Below, piece after piece: positions 59,131 to 64,000 of a stretch of 64,000 nt of DNA. Origin of the DNA: Spirochaetaceae bacterium (GTDB taxonomy: Bacteria > Spirochaetota > Spirochaetia > DSM-2461); the NCBI GenBank assembly GCA_051531975.1, contig JAOPTT010000007.1:184985-248984 (forward strand), written 5' to 3'. Under the pieces are notes generated by a model, which ran no database searches, was not told the origin of the DNA, and was given only the letters and a program-made list of their open reading frames with translations. Each line of letters opens with the position of its first letter. Position 1 is the stretch's first letter. A program made the translations under genes and the position numbers.

Positions 59131-60777
59131 TTAGTTTTCTTTATACTCAAAAAACTCAAAGTCTGCATGAGTATTTAATGTTGCTGGATCATTACAGCAC
59201 ATACCTACATAAGCACCTGTAAATCCCCCTGAATTTTCATCAGAAAGCATACTTTGATCTAAAATCGGGCCAATTCCCTTGTATGTTTTTTCATCATACC
59301 CATAGTGAAATTGAAGTTCATTGTCGTTTACTACTGCTTTTAGGTATATTTTTCTCCCTGCATCAACAGGAATAGGGTCGATTACAAATAAATTAACGTC
59401 CCCTTTGTTATTACTTGTAATACTAATAAAGCTACCAATATGTTCATCATATCCAACATATAAATAGTAGTATAAAATATTTGAGTAAAGTACAATCAGA
59501 CCAGCCATCTGGTTCTCTTCATCAGATGAAAACTCCATAGCAGTGGATGCAGTATATTTGAAACTTTGTTGACGCCTTGCAACTAAACTTAATATATAGT
59601 CCGAAACTATCATCTCTTTACCATAAAGTCTTAGATAACCTGGGCGGTCAGTTAGACTAAATATTTCTTTTGATATATCCCCTCTAAGCCACTGGAAATT
59701 TATATTAAGCTTTGAGCTTTCAAAGTTATCTCTAACTGGTAGATCTGGAAACTTAAACTCCAGAAGGTCCGGTGCCTGGACAAATTGTTTTCCAATTGTT
59801 GAACCATCTTCTAATCTCAACCAGTCATCTTCTCCCCATACCATCTTCTGGATTCCTGTCTCTCGACCTAATACGCAACCCTGTCTATTTTCTAGATCTA
59901 GAGGACGCCCACAAAGATGAACCATATATGTATCTCCATTTTGTGTCTCTACAAAATCTGCATGACCAGTTTTTTGTAAATACGCATCTGTGCCTAAAGC
60001 TCGTAGGATTGGGTTCTGGGGATGAACCTCGTAGGGTCCATCTATATTTTTTGATCTAGCCATAGTCACACAGTGTTCATAAGATGTTCCACCCTCTGCA
60101 ACTATCAGATAATAATAACCGTTTCTCTTATATAGATGTGGAGCCTCAGTTACACCAACTTCATTCCCAAATATTTTTTTAGGTTTCCCTATAAGTTTTT
60201 TATCTTTCTCTGAATACTCTTGTAGTAATATTCCTTTAAATAGGGGAGTGTTTTTATCGTATTTTTTATACTGATCCCAAATTCTTTTTATAGTTGTATT
60301 TGCCTCATGTCTAGAATTATCTCTAACCATAGTATTCCATGCTACATGGTCTAAATACATAACTGTATACCATGCTTTTCCATCATCATCATGGAATAAA
60401 GAAGGATCAAAACCCCTACTATCGAGGTAGATAGGGTCTGACCAATCACCTAATATATCCTCTGTGGTAACTAAATAGTTGTGACATGTACCTCTACCTT
60501 TTACATCGGTAAAGATTAAGTAGTAAGTTCCATTTTTATAGGAGAGACATGGAGCCCAAATTCCGCCACTATTTCCTTCACCTAACATATTTAATAGGGA
60601 GTCCCGTCTTAATGGTCTTGTGATTAGTTTCCAATTTATTAAATCTTTAGAGTGGTGGATTTGCACACCTGGATACCATTCAAATGTTGATGTGGCTATA
60701 TAATAGTCATCGGCAACTCTGATGATAGATGGATCCGGGTTAAATCCTGGAAGTATAGGGTTTTGTATCTCTTTCAT
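59131..60777 (-). CDS. GH43 beta-xylosidase/alpha-arabinofuranosidase (XynB-like) with C-terminal beta-sandwich
   Basis: NPILPGFNPDPSI, GIWAP, GFDPSLFHDDDG, TEAPHLY, LGRET, GFTGAYVG. Confidence 0.92.
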   Translation of the reverse strand: MKEIQNPILPGFNPDPSIIRVADDYYIATSTFEWYPGVQIHHSKDLINWKLITRPLRRDSLLNMLGEGNSGGIWAPCLSYKNGTYYLIFTDVKGRGTCHNYLVTTEDILGDWSDPIYLDSRGFDPSLFHDDDGKAWYTVMYLDHVAWNTMVRDNSRHEANTTIKRIWDQYKKYDKNTPLFKGILLQEYSEKDKKLIGKPKKIFGNEVGVTEAPHLYKRNGYYYLIVAEGGTSYEHCVTMARSKNIDGPYEVHPQNPILRALGTDAYLQKTGHADFVETQNGDTYMVHLCGRPLDLENRQGCVLGRETGIQKMVWGEDDWLRLEDGSTIGKQFVQAPDLLEFKFPDLPVRDNFESSKLNINFQWLRGDISKEIFSLTDRPGYLRLYGKEMIVSDYILSLVARRQQSFKYTASTAMEFSSDEENQMAGLIVLYSNILYYYLYVGYDEHIGSFISITSNNKGDVNLFVIDPIPVDAGRKIYLKAVVNDNELQFHYGYDEKTYKGIGPILDQSMLSDENSGGFTGAYVGMCCNDPATLNTHADFEFFEYKEN

Positions 60778-60800
60778 AATCTCTCCTTATAAGTAAAAAT

Positions 60801-61298
60801 CTATAATGAAAATTTAATCTTTTGATCTTCTGTGTGGTCCATAACTATACAATCATTTGCATATGTTCTTTGTGGTAGAACTATTAAGACATTTGCAACT
60901 TTATCGTTAGCAGTCCAAGGCGCATGATGAAAAACACCCGGTTTTAAAGTAACCATTGTTCCCATAGGGACTCTAAAGACTCTCATTTTATTAACCGGTA
61001 ACTCTCCATTAGGAGCGCCTGGGGCAACATGGATAATTATATCGTTATCTAAAGCAAATATTCCCTCACCACAGTGGGAGTGGTACTCACTTATATTTAT
61101 TTCAAACTCTCTTTTAAGAACTCTACAAATGGAGAATGATGTAACTGTCTTAGTTCCCATATCCTGCTGTGTCATGTCTCTATAAAATGTTACTGGATCT
61201 GCACCAAAGTATTCTGTATCTGGGTTTATCATGTTATTGAATGTTCCAAACTCGTTAAATGCCTCTAAGCTGAGTTCTTGAACCTTTAATTCTTTCAT
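60801..61298 (-). CDS. Cupin of ureidoglycolate-lyase (AllA)-like family, function unknown
   Basis: LSLEAFNEFG N-terminus, EYH...E, LKPGVFHHAP metal-site motif. Confidence 0.65.
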   Translation of the reverse strand: MKELKVQELSLEAFNEFGTFNNMINPDTEYFGADPVTFYRDMTQQDMGTKTVTSFSICRVLKREFEINISEYHSHCGEGIFALDNDIIIHVAPGAPNGELPVNKMRVFRVPMGTMVTLKPGVFHHAPWTANDKVANVLIVLPQRTYANDCIVMDHTEDQKIKFSL

Positions 61299-61319
61299 TT
61301 TTCCTCCTATTTAAAAAAT

Positions 61320-61364
61320 GAAAAGGGGGACATATGGTTGCAATATATGAACTTCCCCCCTTTC
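61320..61364 (-). terminator. Intergenic stem-loop after the isomerase gene
   Basis: GAAAGGGGGGA...CATAT...ATATG TCCCCCTTTTC followed by a T-rich tail on the minus strand. Confidence 0.55.
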
Positions 61365-61393
61365 GAAATGTTGTTAATTTTTAGTTAAGCTTA

Positions 61394-62875
61394 TTATCCA
61401 AATGGGTTTTCATTTTTATATAACATCCCAGCTGGTTGGTTAAAACTAATATCATCTACACCTAAAAGTTTAGTTGCAGCAAAAAGTGATTTTCCTGTAT
61501 GACCAAAAGCGATACCTGCATGATGTGGGTATTGTTTACCAATAAGAACATGTCTATAAAATCTCCCCATCTCTTTAATTGCAAATACAGCAATTGAACC
61601 AAATGATTCAGGGTTAATATTTAGTATTTCTCCATCGGCAATATATGCTTGTAAGTGTGTATCACCTGTAGATTGGATTCTAAAGATAGAAACTTCACCT
61701 GGTTTAATTGTACCTTCTAAAGTTCCCCTTGTAATATTAGGTGTTACATCTGGCTCCATTAAAGAGTGCATAATTTTTTGGAACTTCATTGAGCAGTCAC
61801 CCATACAAGAAGTAGAAGTATTACCACAGTGGAATCCCATAAATAGGTCTTTATTTGTATAACCGTTGGCAATTTTTTCATTTGCTTTAAACATATCTGA
61901 TGGAACAGTATTATTAATATCTAAAAGTGTTGCTACACTTCCAGTTGCACATGTAATCATGTACTCAGTTAATGCACCATAAATATCAACTTCACATGCT
62001 ACAGGAATTCCTCTCTCTGCTAATCTTGAGTTTACATAACATGGAACGAATCCAAAGTACTTCTCAAATGATGGCCAACATTTATTAGCAAAAACACCAT
62101 ATTTTGATGCACCTAAATTATTGTTATAAAAATCAACTAATGCACACTCATACTGAGCTAGCTTTTCTAACAGATCAGGGTAAGTATTACCAGCACCTAA
62201 CTCTTTTTCCATTTCAGCTTTAACTCTTGGAATATCTGGGTGGTTAGCTGCTTCATTATAGATATCAAAAAGATCTAGTTCTGAACTCTCCATAACTTCA
62301 ACACCTAAGTCATAAAGTGGTTTAATTGGAGCATTACAAGCCACAAAGTCGTGGGGTCTTGGTCCAAAAGCGAATATTTTAACGTTTTTAACACCTAATA
62401 TAACTCTTGATACTGGTACAAAGTCAGCAATCATAGATGCAACTTCAGTTGCATTACCAACTGGATACTCTGGAATATAAACTTTCTTATGTCTTAAATC
62501 TGCACTTATAGATGCATTTAACATTCCACAATAAGCATCACCACGGGCATCTTTTAAACAAGAAGTTGCCTCTTCAGCTGCTGCACAAAACATAGTTGGT
62601 CCATCGAACTTCTGGGCTAACAGAGAAAGTGGTCCCTCTGGCCCAAAGTTACCTAAAAAGATAACTAAGGAGTTACAGCCTTTATCGGTTGCTTCTTTTA
62701 ATGCTTGCATAGCATCTACTTCATTTTCAACAATTGTCTCTAATTCAATTATATCTATATTCTGAACTCCACACTCTTTAGCTACTGCTACTCTTCTTGA
62801 TCTTGATAACTCTATTGGGAAACAATCCCTACTTACTGCTACTAAACCTAATTTTGCTACTGGTATATTTTGCAT
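61394..62875 (-). CDS. L-fucose-isomerase-related sugar isomerase, probable XylA-II type xylose isomerase
   Basis: AVSRDCFP, GNFGPEGP, RGDAYCGMLN, CEVDIYG, MGFHCGN motifs resemble clostridial XylA-II; lies between tkt and a xylosidase. Confidence 0.72.
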   Translation of the reverse strand: MQNIPVAKLGLVAVSRDCFPIELSRSRRVAVAKECGVQNIDIIELETIVENEVDAMQALKEATDKGCNSLVIFLGNFGPEGPLSLLAQKFDGPTMFCAAAEEATSCLKDARGDAYCGMLNASISADLRHKKVYIPEYPVGNATEVASMIADFVPVSRVILGVKNVKIFAFGPRPHDFVACNAPIKPLYDLGVEVMESSELDLFDIYNEAANHPDIPRVKAEMEKELGAGNTYPDLLEKLAQYECALVDFYNNNLGASKYGVFANKCWPSFEKYFGFVPCYVNSRLAERGIPVACEVDIYGALTEYMITCATGSVATLLDINNTVPSDMFKANEKIANGYTNKDLFMGFHCGNTSTSCMGDCSMKFQKIMHSLMEPDVTPNITRGTLEGTIKPGEVSIFRIQSTGDTHLQAYIADGEILNINPESFGSIAVFAIKEMGRFYRHVLIGKQYPHHAGIAFGHTGKSLFAATKLLGVDDISFNQPAGMLYKNENPFG

Positions 62876-62876
62876 A

Positions 62877-64000
62877 TTACTCTCCTAAAAATTTTAGCAC
62901 TTCTGCTGCTGCTTTGTTACATTCAAATCCAAAGTGTTTTGCAACATCTTTGAAATTACCTGATAATCCAAAAGTATCAATATCTCTAACAAATATATTA
63001 TCGCTGTAAAATAGTTTGTTAGCTCTATGGGAAGCTGTTTCCATAAAGTAGATAGGTGAATCTCCTAATACTTTAGTTGTATAACTTTTTTCCTGCTCCT
63101 GGAATTTTTCTAAACAGGGTATAGAAACTAAACGTACTTTTTTTCCCTTAGCTTCTAATATCTCTTTTGTTTCTAATAGTGTACTTACTTCCGATCCAGT
63201 TCCAGCTAATGTTACATCTGCCTTTCCCCCACAATCGAACATTACATATCCACCTTTTTTGAACTTAGCATATGCTTCAGCTCTGTCCCCAGGTAGGTTG
63301 AATAATTTTTCATTTAGAACCTGTCTTGTTCCTAAAATAACTGCAGGCCCCTCTGTTTCCATAAACTCTAAATATGAGAAAGACATCTCCATATCGTTTG
63401 CAGGTCTATATGTATAGAGACCAGGAATAAGTCTAGTGGCTCCTAAGTGCTCTATAGGCTCATGTGTAGGTCCATCTTCACCAACATAAATAGAGTCGTG
63501 GGTAAAAATAAATAGGTGATTTAACTTCATTAAAGATGCTAACCTAACAGCTGGTTTCATATAGTCGATAAATGTAAAAAATGTTGAAGTAAATGGGATA
63601 AAGTCTCTACTAAGAGCTAAACCGTTTCCAATGGCACCCATTGCAGCTTCTCTAACTCCAAAAGCTATGTTTCTACCAGAAAAATCTTTTCTAGTTACAT
63701 ATTTAGCACCCTTTATAGTCGCTTTAGTAGAAGCAACTAAGTCTGCACAACCACCAATTAGTTTTGGAGTATGTTTTGCAACAATGTTTAAAATGTCTGC
63801 ACTGGTATTTCTAGTTGCATCCTGCTTACTAGAGTAGTTTAATAACTCTTTTTTTAGTTCTGTAGTAGCACCAGTAAATTTATACTCTAAAAACTCTTTG
63901 TATTTTTTAGGGTACTTTCCTTTATAATCTTGGAACTTAATTGTCCATTCTTTATATTTTTTTATACCAGAATCTAATACATCACCAAGATCATCTTTAA
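62877..64000 (-). CDS. tkt: Transketolase, 5' end beyond window
   Basis: Frame is open from 64000 through DATR, GGCADL, FGVREAAMGAIGNG, THDSIYVGEDGPTHEPIE, GTGSEV, FGLSG; the ORF-track start at 63641 is internal. Confidence 0.95.
   Translation of the reverse strand, partial: KDDLGDVLDSGIKKYKEWTIKFQDYKGKYPKKYKEFLEYKFTGATTELKKELLNYSSKQDATRNTSADILNIVAKHTPKLIGGCADLVASTKATIKGAKYVTRKDFSGRNIAFGVREAAMGAIGNGLALSRDFIPFTSTFFTFIDYMKPAVRLASLMKLNHLFIFTHDSIYVGEDGPTHEPIEHLGATRLIPGLYTYRPANDMEMSFSYLEFMETEGPAVILGTRQVLNEKLFNLPGDRAEAYAKFKKGGYVMFDCGGKADVTLAGTGSEVSTLLETKEILEAKGKKVRLVSIPCLEKFQEQEKSYTTKVLGDSPIYFMETASHRANKLFYSDNIFVRDIDTFGLSGNFKDVAKHFGFECNKAAAEVLKFLGE

Noticed and set aside
62877..63641. Apparently truncated or split transketolase (254 aa in the track)
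   Set aside because: The reading frame stays open to the window edge; this is simply a partial gene.
1144..63837. Numerous 60-137 aa antisense or overlapping ORFs in the track
   Set aside because: They lie within well-supported genes on the opposite strand or frame, with no independent evidence of coding.
1..64000. CRISPR arrays, tRNA/rRNA, riboswitches, prophage or defence genes
   Set aside because: No regularly spaced repeats or recognisable RNA or phage signatures were seen by eye; an Infernal/Rfam scan would be needed to exclude small RNAs.

Overview
An AT-rich bacterial chromosomal segment, most likely from a free-living spirochaete (Spirochaetales-type 'FAGG..E' and lipoprotein signal peptides; inference). 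It is dominated by carbohydrate-utilisation loci. (1) 1-14.3 kb: a beta-1,3-glucan (laminarin) locus with a ROK repressor, two GH17, a GH149-like beta-1,3-glucan phosphorylase, a lipoprotein GH16-CBM4-CBM4-CBM6, two LacI paralogues with identical HTH, and a CUT1 ABC importer. (2) 14.4-35 kb: accessory genes, including two diguanylate cyclases, an unannotated 57-aa lipoprotein, YhhN, MFS, GH4 alpha-galactosidase/AraC, an MCP, a TetR-MMPL-LolA-like-outer-membrane-protein cassette, MarR/quinone reductase and GNATs. (3) A sigma54-dependent amtB-glnK pair. (4) 37-64 kb: a xylan/pentose region with a near-identical duplicated ABC operon bracketing GH10+GH43, two AraR-type regulators, a GguAB/ChvE-type importer, an SBP-YesM-YesN-SBP sensing system, GH43, an AllA-like cupin, a XylA-II-like isomerase and a partial transketolase. 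Most notable non-coding signals: about eight regulatory/signalling genes appear to be leaderless (-10 box 5-7 nt before the start codon, no SD), and operators can be read directly for the LacI, ROK, TetR, MarR and sigma54 systems. No rRNA, tRNA, CRISPR or mobile element was seen.
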